This document shows, piece by piece, positions 36,795-49,573 of a stretch of DNA of 64,000 nt. The notes under the pieces were generated by a model. The model was given only the letters and a program-made list of their open reading frames with translations. It did not search any database and was not told the DNA's origin. Made by a program: the position numbers and the translations under genes. Position 1 is the first letter of the stretch. Every line of letters begins with the position of its first letter. Source of the DNA: an uncultured Verrucomicrobiae bacterium (GTDB taxonomy: Bacteria > Verrucomicrobiota > Verrucomicrobiia > Opitutales > JABDGR01); the NCBI GenBank assembly GCA_963765205.1, contig CAVXVB010000008.1, forward strand, positions 288,001 to 352,000, read 5' to 3'.

Positions 36795-39251
36795 TTAGGC
36801 TTTTTCTTCCTCCTCCGCGTCTTCGGTTTCGATGACTTTGCAGAGGCCGACGAGTTTGTCGCCGGGTTCGAGGCGGACGAGGCGCACGCCTTGCGCGACG
36901 CGGCCGGTGGTCCGGATGTCCTTGACCGGCGAGCGCACGGCCTGGCCGGAGGCGGTGAGCATCATCACTTCGTCGTTCTCGCGCACGCTGAGCGCGCCGG
37001 CGACGCCGCTTTCCGTCTTGATGGCGATGACGCCCTTGCCGCCGCGCGACTGGAGGCGGAAGACGGGGCCGTCCTCGTCGTCGAAGGGCGTGCGCTTGCC
37101 GATGCCATTGACGCCGGCGACGAGCAACGTGCAGGCCGGGTCCACGACTTCCATGGCCTTGACGGTGTCGCCTTTGTCCAACCTCATGCCGATGACGCCG
37201 GTGGCGGGGCGGCCCATTTCGCGGGCTTCCTCCTCGGGGAAACGGATGGACATGCCTTCGGCGGAAATGAGGACAACCTGCTGGCCGACGGTGATTTCCT
37301 TGACGGCGATGAGCGTGTCGCCGGCCTCAATGTTGATGGCGATGATGCCGCCCTTGCGCACGTTGGCGTATTCCTTGAGCGCGGTCTTTTTGATGACGCC
37401 GAGTTGCGTGCAGAACATGAGGCTCTTGCCCGGCTCCTCGAGGGACTTCACGCAGACCATCGCGGTCATTTTCTCGTCTTTCTGCATCTGCACGACGTTG
37501 GCGATGGCGCGGCCCTTCGAGGTGCGGGTGCCCTCGGGGATTTCGTAAACTTTTTCGACATAGACTCTGCCGTTGCTGGTGAAGAACATCATGTAGTCGT
37601 GCGTGCTGGCGGTGAAGAGGTGCTCGACAAAGTCCTCCTCGTGCTGGCCGGTGCCGATGACGCCCTTGCCGCCGCGCTTTTGCGAGCGGTAGGCGCTGAC
37701 GGCGGTGCGCTTGATGAAGCCCAGGTGCGAGACGGTGACGATGCAGCCCTCGTTGGCGACAACGTCCTCCATGCGGAACTCGCCCTCGGCGGCGACGAGC
37801 TTGGTGCGGCGCGGCGAGGGAAACTTTTCCTTCAATTCGCGCAATTCCTTCTTGATGACGCCAAGGAGTTTTTTCTCGCTGCGGAGGATTTCCTCGTATT
37901 CGAAGGCCAGCTCCATGAGCTGTTTGTATTCCTCGGTGATTTTGTCGCGCTCGAGGCCGGTCAACTGGTAGAGGCGCAGGTCGAGGATGGCGTTGGTCTG
38001 TTTTTCGGAAAGGGGGTATTTGGCCATGAGGCGCACGCGAGCCTCGTCGCGGTCGGGGGAGCTGCGGATGATTTTGACGATGTCGTCGAGGTGCTTGAGC
38101 GCAATCTGGTAGCCTTCGAGGATGTGGGCGCGGTCCTGGACCTTGCGCAGCAAAAATTTCGTGCGGCGGGTGACGACCTCGCGGCGGTGCTCGACGTAGC
38201 AGTCCAGCATCTCGCGGATGTTCATCTGCTTGGGGCGGCGCTTGTCGAGCGCGAGCAGGATGACGCCGAAGGAGGCCTCGAACTGCGTGTGCTTGTAGAG
38301 TTTGTTGACGACGACGCGGGCGGACTCACCGCGCTTGAGTTCGAGGACGATGCGGGTCTTCTCGTCGGATTCGTCGCGCAGGTCGGAGACCTCGTCGAAG
38401 GTCTTGTCCTGCACGAGCGCGGCGATGTTCTGCGTGAGGGTGGCGCGGTTGACGTTGTAGGGGATCTCGGTGATGACGATCTGCTCCTTGCCGTTTTTGA
38501 TCTCCTCGGAGTGGCATTCGCCGCGCATGTGGACGATGCCGCGGCCGGTGCGCAGGTAGCTTTCGATGCCCTCGCGCCCGGCAATCATGCCGCCGGTGGG
38601 AAAGTCGGGGCCGGGGACGAGCTTGATCAGCTCGTCCATGGACAGGCGCGGGTTGTCCATGATGGCGCAAACGGCGTCAATCAGCTCGCCGAGGTTGTGG
38701 GGCGGGATGTTGGTGGTCATGCCGACGGCAATGCCGGTCGAGCCGTTCATGAGCAAATTGGGCAGGCCGGCGGGGAAGACGGCCGGCTCGGTGGACTTTT
38801 CGTCGTAATTGGGGCCGAAATCCACGGTGTCCTCGTCAATGCCGCGGAGGAGTTCCTCGGCGATGGCGGTGAGGCGGCACTCGGTGTAGCGGTAGGCGGC
38901 GGGCGGGTCGCCGTCCACCGAGCCGAAGTTGCCCTGGGGGTCCACGAGCGGGTAGGCCATGACCCAGGGCTGGGCCATGCGCACGAGAGTGTCGTAAACC
39001 GAGCTGTCGCCGTGGGGGTGGTAAGTCTTGAGCACTTCGCCGACGACGCCGGCGCATTTGGTGGTGGAGCGGTTGTGCAGCAGGCCTTCGCGCAGCATGG
39101 CATAGAGGACGCGGCGCTGGACGGGCTTTAGGCCGTCGCGGGCGTCCGGCAGCGCGCGCGAGATGATGACCGACATTGAATAATCAATGTAGGCCGTCTG
39201 CATGATGTCGGTGATGCTGGTCGGCGTCAGTTTTTCTTTGTCGGAGTACAT
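36795..39251 (-). CDS. gyrA: DNA gyrase subunit A
   Basis: [22 protein letters not shown], GyrA-box QKRGGKG. Confidence 0.97.
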   Translation of the reverse strand: MYSDKEKLTPTSITDIMQTAYIDYSMSVIISRALPDARDGLKPVQRRVLYAMLREGLLHNRSTTKCAGVVGEVLKTYHPHGDSSVYDTLVRMAQPWVMAYPLVDPQGNFGSVDGDPPAAYRYTECRLTAIAEELLRGIDEDTVDFGPNYDEKSTEPAVFPAGLPNLLMNGSTGIAVGMTTNIPPHNLGELIDAVCAIMDNPRLSMDELIKLVPGPDFPTGGMIAGREGIESYLRTGRGIVHMRGECHSEEIKNGKEQIVITEIPYNVNRATLTQNIAALVQDKTFDEVSDLRDESDEKTRIVLELKRGESARVVVNKLYKHTQFEASFGVILLALDKRRPKQMNIREMLDCYVEHRREVVTRRTKFLLRKVQDRAHILEGYQIALKHLDDIVKIIRSSPDRDEARVRLMAKYPLSEKQTNAILDLRLYQLTGLERDKITEEYKQLMELAFEYEEILRSEKKLLGVIKKELRELKEKFPSPRRTKLVAAEGEFRMEDVVANEGCIVTVSHLGFIKRTAVSAYRSQKRGGKGVIGTGQHEEDFVEHLFTASTHDYMMFFTSNGRVYVEKVYEIPEGTRTSKGRAIANVVQMQKDEKMTAMVCVKSLEEPGKSLMFCTQLGVIKKTALKEYANVRKGGIIAINIEAGDTLIAVKEITVGQQVVLISAEGMSIRFPEEEAREMGRPATGVIGMRLDKGDTVKAMEVVDPACTLLVAGVNGIGKRTPFDDEDGPVFRLQSRGGKGVIAIKTESGVAGALSVRENDEVMMLTASGQAVRSPVKDIRTTGRVAQGVRLVRLEPGDKLVGLCKVIETEDAEEEEKA

Positions 39252-39258
39252 TAGGAAA

Positions 39259-39293
39259 GGATGAAGGATGAAGGATGAGGGATGAAGGATGAA
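39259..39293. repeat. Heptamer array (GGATGAR)x5
   Basis: GGATGAA GGATGAA GGATGAG GGATGAA GGATGAA, 7 nt upstream of the gyrA start. Confidence 0.92.
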
Positions 39294-39306
39294 GAAAGCC
39301 CGCGGG

Positions 39307-39702
39307 TTATTTTTTCGAAACGGGTTCGCGGCGTTTCACGTTTTTCACACAGGTGCTGAGGATGGAAATGAGTTCGTTGGATTCGGTTTGCAGGTCGCGC
39401 AGACGCGGTTCTGGCATCAGGCCGGACTCGATGAGCAACTCCAACCAATATTGGGTTTCATCGAGTTCCTGAAGGGCCAATTCGAGTTTGGCGATGAATT
39501 CGGCATTGGAGCGGCTGCGCCGGGCCTCGCGGTGATGGGCGCCGACCGAAATGCCGGAACGCAAAACCTGCCGGCCGATGACTTGGCCTGCCTGAGTGCG
39601 CGGTAAAGCGGTGGAAAGTTTGATGACACGAAGGGCAAATTGTTTGAGCCGCGCCGAAAGGTCCGGCGCGGTGGGTTGGGTGGGTTTGGTTTCATCCTTC
39701 AT
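39307..39702 (-). CDS. Four-helix-bundle protein (23S rRNA IVS / Avd-like family)
   Basis: RLKQFALRVIKL...IGRQVLRSGISVGAHHREA...EFIAKL...QELDETQYWLELL...ELISIL. Confidence 0.92.
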   Translation of the reverse strand: MKDETKPTQPTAPDLSARLKQFALRVIKLSTALPRTQAGQVIGRQVLRSGISVGAHHREARRSRSNAEFIAKLELALQELDETQYWLELLIESGLMPEPRLRDLQTESNELISILSTCVKNVKRREPVSKK

Positions 39703-39711
39703 CCCTCATCC
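39691..39711. repeat. Heptamer array (YTCATCC)x3, inverted relative to 39259-39293
   Basis: Abuts the gyrB stop and contains the ATG of the four-helix-bundle gene. Confidence 0.9.
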
Positions 39712-42254
<2,543 letters not shown>

Positions 42255-42373
42255 TCAAGGTAACAAGCAGGAGGCCAAAAGCCACAAAAAAGTGACCAAA
42301 AACGCAGATTTTTTGAGCCAGAAATAGGCCAGCCAAGCTATTGGTTCCCGCACCCCATTTTTCGTGCTTTCCT

Positions 42374-42452
42374 TCTACCTTCCACCTCCTACCTTCTATC
42401 TCCACGTTTTCCCCTTTCCGACCCTTCATCCTTCATCCCTCATCCTTCATCC
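42374..42452. repeat. Two heptamer arrays upstream of aldose epimerase
   Basis: TCTACCT TCCACCT CCTACCT TCTATCT and TTCATCC TTCATCC CTCATCC TTCATCC ending 6 nt before ATG. Confidence 0.85.
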
Positions 42453-42458
42453 TTTCAT

Positions 42459-43379
42459 ATGGAACTCCTTGATTACCAAAATATTAAAATCGCCCAATGG
42501 CGCCGCGGCCCCTCGACTTTCCGGGCTTGGCCGGAGGCGGGCGCGCGGCTGATGGACTGGCAGATTGCCGTCACCGGCCAGCCGACACGCGCCGTCCTGC
42601 ACTGGCCGGACAACCCCGACCTGTCGAAACCAGCCAAAATCCGCGGCGGCAACCCCATTCTTTTCCCCTTTGTGGCGCGCACGTTTGACCGGGGCGACCT
42701 CGGCTTCTGGCGTGGGCCTGACGGGCAGCGCCGGCCCATGCCGATGCATGGCTTCGCACGCGATGGAAAATTTGCCCTGGCCCGCGCCGACGACACCGGC
42801 TTCACCGCGATTTTGGAGCCGTCCGCCGCCGCGCGCGAAGCCTACCCGTTCGATTATCAATTCTCGGTCACCTATGTTTTTGCGGAGCTGTCGTTCTGGG
42901 TGCATCTGGAATTGGAAAACCGCGGCGCGGCGCCGCTGCCATGGTGCGCGGGGCATCATTTTTATTTCCGCCTGCCTTGGCACGCGCAGTTGCGGCGCGC
43001 GGACTACGCCCTGCGCGTGCCGGCCCGCAAAGCCTTCCGCCACGCCGCCGACGGGCACTTGGAGCCGGAGAAAAACGTCGCGCCCGACAGCACCTTCGCC
43101 GACCCGGGCAACGTGGACCTCATCCGCTGCAAACTGAAATCCAACCTCATCACCTTCGGCCCGAAAAACGACGAGGAAAACATCACCCTCCGCCACGGCC
43201 CCGACCCGGTGCCCGCGCCCTGGGCCAGCCTCGTCACCTGGACGGAAAGCGACACCTCGCCCTTCTATTGCGTCGAGCCCTGGATGGGCCTGCCGAATTC
43301 CCCCGAAAACGAAAAAGGTCTGCACTGTGTCGAGGCGGGAAGCACGGGGAAGTTTTCGGTGGAGGTGTCGGTGATGTGA
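42459..43379 (+). CDS. Aldose 1-epimerase / galactose mutarotase-like protein
   Basis: RGGNPILFP, MHGFARD, GHHFYF, FYCVEPW. Confidence 0.9.
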   Translation: MELLDYQNIKIAQWRRGPSTFRAWPEAGARLMDWQIAVTGQPTRAVLHWPDNPDLSKPAKIRGGNPILFPFVARTFDRGDLGFWRGPDGQRRPMPMHGFARDGKFALARADDTGFTAILEPSAAAREAYPFDYQFSVTYVFAELSFWVHLELENRGAAPLPWCAGHHFYFRLPWHAQLRRADYALRVPARKAFRHAADGHLEPEKNVAPDSTFADPGNVDLIRCKLKSNLITFGPKNDEENITLRHGPDPVPAPWASLVTWTESDTSPFYCVEPWMGLPNSPENEKGLHCVEAGSTGKFSVEVSVM

Positions 43380-43535
43380 TTAATACTTCGCCCTCGATAG
43401 AGCATCAATCAAAGTCTTACAGCGTGCAACCAAGTAGTAAATCTGATCGTCTGTTTTCTCGGAATGCTCATCATCTACAGTTGAAGCAGTATAAAGCGCC
43501 CCTGCCTTTTGCCGCATATCGCCACTGCTTCTATA

Positions 43536-43949
43536 TCAGCCGGGCATCATCAACGACAACTGCTCGCGCTCAAACCGGCGGTAAACCTTGAAATCGCGCA
43601 TGTCCACGGTCACAACTTTGGCGCGGGGGAAGAGTTCGCTTAAAACCACGAGGGAGGCGTCGGCGGCGTCCATGCGCTCGAATTTCAACATCAGTTCCTG
43701 GGTGCGCCGCAAATGTTCCGGCCAAAGCGGAAACAGCACCAGCGCGCCGTGGCGCACCAAATCCAACAAGGCATGAGACTGGGAGGTGTTGCCGCCCAGA
43801 TGATGGCAGGCTTCGCCCAAGACAATTTCGGTTGTGTGCAGCCGGCCCCGGCGACCGGAAAGCGTCCGGTGGCTCCATTCGTGCCATTGGTCGGCTGCAT
43901 CCAGCCAGCCGATGAGCGGTCCGGCATCCACTATGGTTTCAACGACCAT
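43536..43949 (-). CDS. PIN-domain (VapC) toxin
   Basis: IVDAGPL...DQWH...VLGEA...MDAADASLV...TVDMRDFKVYR. Confidence 0.9.
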   Translation of the reverse strand: MVVETIVDAGPLIGWLDAADQWHEWSHRTLSGRRGRLHTTEIVLGEACHHLGGNTSQSHALLDLVRHGALVLFPLWPEHLRRTQELMLKFERMDAADASLVVLSELFPRAKVVTVDMRDFKVYRRFEREQLSLMMPG

Positions 43950-44154
43950 AGCCCTCGCGGGTGGAGAGATCGCCCGGCCCACGGAACATGCCGAGGTAGG
44001 GTTTGGCCAGGGTGGCAAAATCCGGCTCGGGCGCGGAGAGTTCGCGTTCGAGGGCGCGCCGCGTCAACACGGACAGGTTTTCCTTCCGCTTCTGCGCCTC
44101 GGTGCGCAAACGGCGGTTGAGAGTGGCGGTTAACTTGATGGTGAGTGAAGGCAT
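43939..44154 (-). CDS. RHH/CopG-type antitoxin
   Basis: MPSLTIKL...LSVLTRRALE...GPGDLSTREGYG; upstream direct repeat GTAAGAC x2 over the promoter. Confidence 0.85.
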   Translation of the reverse strand: MPSLTIKLTATLNRRLRTEAQKRKENLSVLTRRALERELSAPEPDFATLAKPYLGMFRGPGDLSTREGYGR

Positions 44155-44261
44155 AGTGTCTTACGGTAGTCTTACTCTGGCAAAAGTCAAGACTGCATGG
44201 TTCAGGATAATCGGCGGACGCCACGGAGTGGCGTCCCTACCAAAATGCGTCCGCACGGGGT

Positions 44262-44831
44262 TCAGTCTTCGATTCCCACGCCTTCCGCCTTCAATAGCTC
44301 CCGCTTTTTCTTGGGGCCCCAAGCGTAGCCGCCGAGGTGGCCGCCGCTCGCCAGGACGCGGTGGCAGGGCACGAGCACGCCGACGGGGTTCGCGCCGACC
44401 GCGCCGCCGACGGCCCGGGCCGAGTTGGGTTGGCGCAGGCGGCGCGCGATTTCGCCGTAGGTGACGGTCGCGCCGCGCGGGATTTGCAAAAGCGCGCGCC
44501 AGACGCGGCGTTGGAAGGCAGTGCCTTTGAGGAGCACGCGCAGGGCCGCGCCCCGGCTACCGCGCCAGGCCGCGACCGCTTTTTTCAGCGCCGCCGCCGT
44601 GCCCCTGTTATCGCAGCGCACGGTCGCGCCGGGCCACGCGGCCACGAATTGATCCATCGCCGCCGCTACAGATTTGCCGCGTTCGACGAGGTGGAGCGCC
44701 GCGAGATCCGGGCCGACGAAGCCGAGCATGACCCAGCCCCAGGGGCTTTTGTGGAGGCCGACCACGAGTTCCGGTTTGCGCGCCTGTTTGGCCCAGGCCC
44801 GCGCGTCTACTTCGGCGATTTTGAGGTTCAT
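44262..44831 (-). CDS. ogt: Methylated-DNA-protein-cysteine methyltransferase
   Basis: GTAFQRRVW, TYGEIA, RAVG, active-site PCHRV. Confidence 0.93.
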   Translation of the reverse strand: MNLKIAEVDARAWAKQARKPELVVGLHKSPWGWVMLGFVGPDLAALHLVERGKSVAAAMDQFVAAWPGATVRCDNRGTAAALKKAVAAWRGSRGAALRVLLKGTAFQRRVWRALLQIPRGATVTYGEIARRLRQPNSARAVGGAVGANPVGVLVPCHRVLASGGHLGGYAWGPKKKRELLKAEGVGIED

Positions 44832-45054
44832 GCGACCAGCCAAACGTCCGCGCCGCGAATAGGCAACCCCTCAGCGCGAAAAACCCGCAAAATTCACCCG
44901 TTTGCCATATACTGAACAAATTAGCATTATTAGGCTTGCACTGCGCATTTCTCCCATTATTTTCCAAGATTGTTGCTGGCGTTTTCCCGCCTCTTCTATT
45001 TCTTAATTCAGCAGTCAGCATTCAGAACTCCTCATTCTTAACTCCCTCCCTCCC

Positions 45055-46134
45055 ATGGCCAAAGCCGCCCCCATCGAAACCCCGGCCCCGAAGGCCGCCC
45101 GCCCCATCGAGCTGGCCCTGTCGGCCATCAACAAACAATTTGGCGACGGCACGATCATGCGCCTGGGCGACGCGACCAAGATGCGCGTCTCCAGTATCTC
45201 CACCGGCTCGGTGGCGATTGACCTGGCGCTGGGCTGCGGCGGGCTGCCGCGCGGGCGCATCATCGAGATTTTTGGGCCGGAGTCGTCGGGCAAGACGACG
45301 CTGTGCCTGTCCGTCATCGCCGAGGCGCAGCGCCAGGGCGGCAACGCGGTGTTCATTGACGTCGAGCACGCGCTGGACCCGAAATACGCCAAGACGGTGG
45401 GCGTGGATCTGGGCAACCTGATGGTCTCGCAGCCGGAATCGGGTGAGGACGCGTTGAACATCGTCGAGACGCTCATCCGCTCGAACGCGATTAACGTCGT
45501 GGTGCTCGACTCGGTGGCCGCGCTGGTGTCAAAGGTGGAACTGGAGGGCCAGATGGGCGACGCGACGGTCGGCGTGCAGGCGCGGATGATGAGCCAGGCC
45601 ATGCGCCGGCTGACGGCGTGCATCAGCAAGAGCCAGTGTGTGTGCATCTTCACCAATCAAATCCGCGAAAAAATCGGCGTCATGTATGGCAACCCGGAAA
45701 CGACGCCCGGCGGGCGCGCGCTGAAGTTTTTCTCCTCGGCCCGGCTGGACATCCGCCGTGTCGCGCAAATCAAGGACCCGACGGGCAAGGTCATCGGCAA
45801 CCGCACGAAGGTGAAGGTCGTGAAGAATAAGGTCGCGCCGCCGTTCACGGAATGCGAGTTCGACATCATGTTCGACGAGGGCATCTCGCGCTCTGGTTCG
45901 CTGCTGGACCTGGGCATTGAGCACAAGATTTTGGAAAAGAAGGGCGCGTGGATCGCCTACCTGGGCAACCTCATCGGCCAGGGCCGCGAGGCGGCGAAGA
46001 AATACCTCGACGACAATCCCAAGATCGCCGCCGAGGTCAAAAAAGCCATCATGGAAAAAGTCACGGTGGCCGGCGGCGACGCCATCGCGGAAGGCGGCGA
46101 CCCGGACGAAGACGAAGGCAAGGAGAAGAAGTAG
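45055..46134 (+). CDS. recA: Recombinase RecA
   Basis: [42 protein letters not shown]. Confidence 0.99.
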   Translation: MAKAAPIETPAPKAARPIELALSAINKQFGDGTIMRLGDATKMRVSSISTGSVAIDLALGCGGLPRGRIIEIFGPESSGKTTLCLSVIAEAQRQGGNAVFIDVEHALDPKYAKTVGVDLGNLMVSQPESGEDALNIVETLIRSNAINVVVLDSVAALVSKVELEGQMGDATVGVQARMMSQAMRRLTACISKSQCVCIFTNQIREKIGVMYGNPETTPGGRALKFFSSARLDIRRVAQIKDPTGKVIGNRTKVKVVKNKVAPPFTECEFDIMFDEGISRSGSLLDLGIEHKILEKKGAWIAYLGNLIGQGREAAKKYLDDNPKIAAEVKKAIMEKVTVAGGDAIAEGGDPDEDEGKEKK

Positions 46135-46195
46135 GGCGAAACTATTTTTGAAAAATGTCTTGCATTATTCAAAATTTAGATTACCTTCTTTCACA

Positions 46196-47029
46196 ATGAA
46201 CGGCGAAATCATCATAGGGGATTGCGTCAAAGTCCTGGCCAAACTGCCGGATGAAAGTTTTCAGGCGATTATCGCCGACCCGCCCTATTTTCAAGTGCTG
46301 CTCGGAGAGGATTGGGACAACCAATGGCACTCGGAAGATGAATATCTGTCGTGGTTTGATAGTTGGGTGGGTTTGGCAAGTCGCAAGCTCAAGCACGATG
46401 GCCTGTTCTTTATTTTCGGCCAGTTGGGAAAACGCGAACATGCGTGGCTCCATGCCTGCTCGCGAACCGCCCGCCAGCTTCAATTTCATGACATGCTGAT
46501 CTGGGATCGGGCCGTGGGGTACAACGAGCGGTATGACAGTTTTACCCCTTGCTATGAAATGGTGCTGGTCTTGAGGAAGTCCGAATCGGCCAAGCCCTAT
46601 TTCAACAAAGATGTGCTCCGGGTGTCCTACGATGACGAGACGATTCAAAATTATATGCGGGATAAACGATACAAGGACATGGACGCGCGCCGCGAGCACT
46701 TGGAAAAAGGCAAATATGCCACCAACATTTTGCGCGTGCCCAGCCTCAAGGGTTCTTCCAAGGAAAAAGTCGGCCACCCCTCCCAAAAGCCGCTCAAGTT
46801 AATTCAGGACTTAGTCGCTTGTTCCACCCGCAAAGGCGATCAGGTGCTCGATCCATTTTTGGGGTCGGGAACGACCGCGGCGGCTTGTGAAAACCTTGGC
46901 CGCCATTGGACCGGCATCGAAACCCAAGCTAAATATGCCAAGCTGGCCGAGGCACGGATAAAAGATCTTGCGGCGGAAATGGCGCTTTTTAGCGATGTTA
47001 CTGCTGAAACGTCCTTGGTTGGGAGCTAA
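46196..47029 (+). CDS. Site-specific N6A/N4C DNA methyltransferase (beta order)
   Basis: DPPY catalytic motif precedes HPSQKP and LDPFLGSGTT; lower GC than flanks. Confidence 0.93.
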   Translation: MNGEIIIGDCVKVLAKLPDESFQAIIADPPYFQVLLGEDWDNQWHSEDEYLSWFDSWVGLASRKLKHDGLFFIFGQLGKREHAWLHACSRTARQLQFHDMLIWDRAVGYNERYDSFTPCYEMVLVLRKSESAKPYFNKDVLRVSYDDETIQNYMRDKRYKDMDARREHLEKGKYATNILRVPSLKGSSKEKVGHPSQKPLKLIQDLVACSTRKGDQVLDPFLGSGTTAAACENLGRHWTGIETQAKYAKLAEARIKDLAAEMALFSDVTAETSLVGS

Positions 47030-47633
47030 ACGGATTGGGTACGGCCCGGCCAAACAAAGATGATTTAACATCCACATAAGGCTGTTTGCCTGCCATTCCC
47101 CAAAATACCTCAAAAGGAAGGCTGCATTGCAGTCTGCGTTGCACTTTTGAATCAATCTTGGGATTCAAGACCATGCGGGCGTCAGAGAATGGCCGCTGCG
47201 ATTTACGAACCCGGGCCAATTCCCGCACCTCAGAATAATGCAGGCTTCGGTCTTTGATTATCTCATCAAGTTCTTGCAAGGCTTCCGCTGTAATTGGAGC
47301 GAACAAACTTCTCCATTGTGCCACTGTCACCTTGACCGCCTCAGTGGCAATGAAGTTTTTGAAAGGGCCGGTTTGTTCCCAAAACCCGACGATAAGAAGG
47401 AAATCCTCATCCAGAGCGAATTGGCGCAAAGCGTCACCAAAACCGATCGGTGATCGGTTTTTACAAGTTTTAATGGAAACGGGCAATGCCCTCATGGTGC
47501 CTGGAACGGCTTGACTGGCGTTGAATTCCGACGGAACATCCCATTTTGCCGTATAACCTTCAGGAAACGGCGCGAAAAAGCTCTTGATCACCCATTGCTG
47601 GAAATCAAAGCCGTGTCTTTGTACTTCAACCAT
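46998..47633 (-). CDS. Putative type II restriction endonuclease
   Basis: Convergent and overlapping with the MTase; PD-(D/E)xK-like KWDVP...VSIKT; low GC. Confidence 0.65.
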   Translation of the reverse strand: MVEVQRHGFDFQQWVIKSFFAPFPEGYTAKWDVPSEFNASQAVPGTMRALPVSIKTCKNRSPIGFGDALRQFALDEDFLLIVGFWEQTGPFKNFIATEAVKVTVAQWRSLFAPITAEALQELDEIIKDRSLHYSEVRELARVRKSQRPFSDARMVLNPKIDSKVQRRLQCSLPFEVFWGMAGKQPYVDVKSSLFGRAVPNPFSSQPRTFQQ

Positions 47634-47832
47634 GCGAGCTAAAAACAAACATTTACGCCAAGGTGGGCCAAGAAAAGGCGCCGGGCGCAAGCCTAAAGGT
47701 AGCGATCGCAGGAAAACGTTATCGGTTCGCATTGATCCTCAAATACTTAAGATACTTATCCAGACCGCACGCAACCAAGAAAAAAGCATGGGGGCAGTAA
47801 TTGACGAGGCCATTAATCATTTGCATGGTTAA
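47632..47832 (+). CDS. Small DNA-binding protein (GGxRxGAGRKP + RHH-like)
   Basis: MRAKNKHLRQGGPRKGAGRKPKG...TLSVRID...SMGAVIDEAI. Confidence 0.65.
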   Translation: MRAKNKHLRQGGPRKGAGRKPKGSDRRKTLSVRIDPQILKILIQTARNQEKSMGAVIDEAINHLHG

Positions 47833-48149
47833 GTTTGCAAATCCGCGAGGAGCGACTTGGCGCCGGGGTGGCGTTTCGCCTTGCGCAAGTCTTCGCGCAG
47901 CGCCTCGCGCGAGGCGCGGTTGGGCGTCCGTTCCGCGTAACGCGCCTCGATTTCTGCCAGTGTGGCATTGGTCAAATCGAGATGCGAGCGCAGGGTGACC
48001 GGAAAGGGCAACTCTTTGCGCAGCACCACTTGCACATAAAAAAGGTTGATTGCCTGCCCGGCGGACAGGCCGAGCTTGGAAAACACCGCCTCGGCGGCGC
48101 GTTTGCGCCGCGGTTCCACCCGGGCGCGCAGAATCGTGGTCGTATTTAT
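47829..48149 (-). pseudogene. Orphan RelB/DinJ antitoxin with ATA at the expected start
   Basis: (I)NTTTILRARVEPRRKRAAEAVFSKLGLSAGQAINLFY...LPF; TTGCCT-17-CACAAT-6-ATA; no toxin downstream. Confidence 0.7.
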
Positions 48150-48267
48150 GGCACAATTGTGCTTTGTTTGTGTCCGCCAGGCAAGCTCGTTTCCGGCGGA
48201 GCGGCGCAACACTCTGTCTTTGCCTCGAGGCCGTGCTTGTGCTCATAATGCCCGATTTCCTCCCCCC

Positions 48268-48633
48268 ATGAATCTCCCTTATAAAACCGCCGCCTTTTGG
48301 CAAACCGCCGGGTTGCTCGTGTGTTCGAATGTCTTCATGACGTTCGCGTGGTATGGGCACCTGAAACACCTGACCACCAAGCCGTGGGTCGTCGCCGCGC
48401 TCATCAGTTGGGGCATCGCGTTCTTTGAGTATATGCTCCAAGTGCCGGCCAACCGCATTGGCCACGCGGGCGGCCTCTCGCTGGGGCAGCTTAAAATTTT
48501 GCAGGAGATCATCACGCTGTCGGTCTTCGTGCCGTTTGCGATGCTGTATATGCACCAGCCTTTCAAGCTCGACTACCTGTGGGCGGGCTTGTGCCTGGTG
48601 GGGGCGGCGTATTTCATCTTCCGCAGCGCGTGA
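48268..48633 (+). CDS. DMT-family (DUF486-like) membrane protein
   Basis: SNVFMTFAWYGHLK, SWGIAFFEY, QVPANRIG, QLKILQE. Confidence 0.92.
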   Translation: MNLPYKTAAFWQTAGLLVCSNVFMTFAWYGHLKHLTTKPWVVAALISWGIAFFEYMLQVPANRIGHAGGLSLGQLKILQEIITLSVFVPFAMLYMHQPFKLDYLWAGLCLVGAAYFIFRSA

Positions 48634-48641
48634 GCGCCGCG

Positions 48642-48797
48642 GAATGGAAGATGGCCGGTGGAAAATGGAAAAAATCATTCGCCAGGCGGGGACTGATTTG
48701 TTTTACTTACCCCTCCCCCACCCCGCCGTGCAGGCTTGAGGCTGTTTGCTGTGCGGTTCCTGCGTTTTTTCCATCTTCCATTTTCCATCTTCCATTT
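48642..48797. repeat. Inverted pair of heptamer arrays
   Basis: GAATGGA AGATGGC CGGTGGA AAATGGA / TCCATCT TCCATTT TCCATCT TCCATTT then C-ATG. Confidence 0.85.
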
Positions 48798-48798
48798 C

Positions 48799-49485
48799 AT
48801 GAGTGAGCTTTTCGATGTCGTGGACGAACACGACCGCGTGCTGCGCCGCGAGACGCGCGCGGAAGTCCACCGCCAGCGCCTGCTGCACCGCGCCGTGCAC
48901 ATCCTCGTGTTCAATGCGCGCGGCGAAGTTTACCTCCAGCGGCGCTCCGCACAGAAGGACACCTACCCGCACCGATGGACGACCTCGTGCTCCGGCCATG
49001 TGGACGCGGGCGAGGACTACGATACGGCGGCAGTGCGCGAACTGGCGGAGGAACTGGGGTTGGCGGGGGCGAAGGTGAAGAAGGCGACTAAAGGGACTAA
49101 GGCACTGAGGCACAAAGGCACAGAGGAAAGGCCGGGAAAAGACAGAGCGCCAAAAAACCAGGCGCATTCTTCCCAATCTGCAACTTGCAACTTGCAACTT
49201 GCCGCCAACAACCTGCAACCTGCAACCCAACTCGAAACCCGAAACTCGAAACCCGAAACTATCGTCCCATTTGTAAAACACCCCCCCTGCCGCGAGACCG
49301 GCTGGGAATTTATCTGGATTTACACCCTGACCACCAACGCGGCGCCCGCGCCCGACCCGGGGGAGATTTCCGAAGGACGCTGGATCTCACCCGACGAACT
49401 CGACGCGTGGATGAGCCGCGAGCCAAAGGCCTTCACGCCGTCCTTTATACTGGTGTGGAAATTGTGGCGGGAGGCGCAGGAGTGA
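48799..49485 (+). CDS. Nudix hydrolase (IDI/YfcD-like) with ~65-aa repeat-derived insertion
   Basis: [38 protein letters not shown]; insertion ~49065-49260. Confidence 0.88.
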   Translation: MSELFDVVDEHDRVLRRETRAEVHRQRLLHRAVHILVFNARGEVYLQRRSAQKDTYPHRWTTSCSGHVDAGEDYDTAAVRELAEELGLAGAKVKKATKGTKALRHKGTEERPGKDRAPKNQAHSSQSATCNLQLAANNLQPATQLETRNSKPETIVPFVKHPPCRETGWEFIWIYTLTTNAAPAPDPGEISEGRWISPDELDAWMSREPKAFTPSFILVWKLWREAQE

Positions 49486-49573
49486 GCCGAGTCCGCGCCG
49501 CCTCCACTTTTGCTTGCGAAATTCATCGGCGGCGTTTATCGTGCAGGGTTGAACCACTAAATCTCCTATCACC

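Noticed and set aside
39307..39702. Diversity-generating retroelement suggested by the Avd-like gene
   Set aside because: No reverse transcriptase and no TR/VR pair differing at adenines seen in the window.
43380..43535. AT-rich patch as a small gene or ncRNA
   Set aside because: No convincing start, motif or structure; possibly a remnant but unsupported.
44905..44920. Verrucomicrobial LexA box (TGTTC-N4-GAACA) upstream of recA
   Set aside because: Only the GAACA half-site matches (CCATA-TACT-GAACA).
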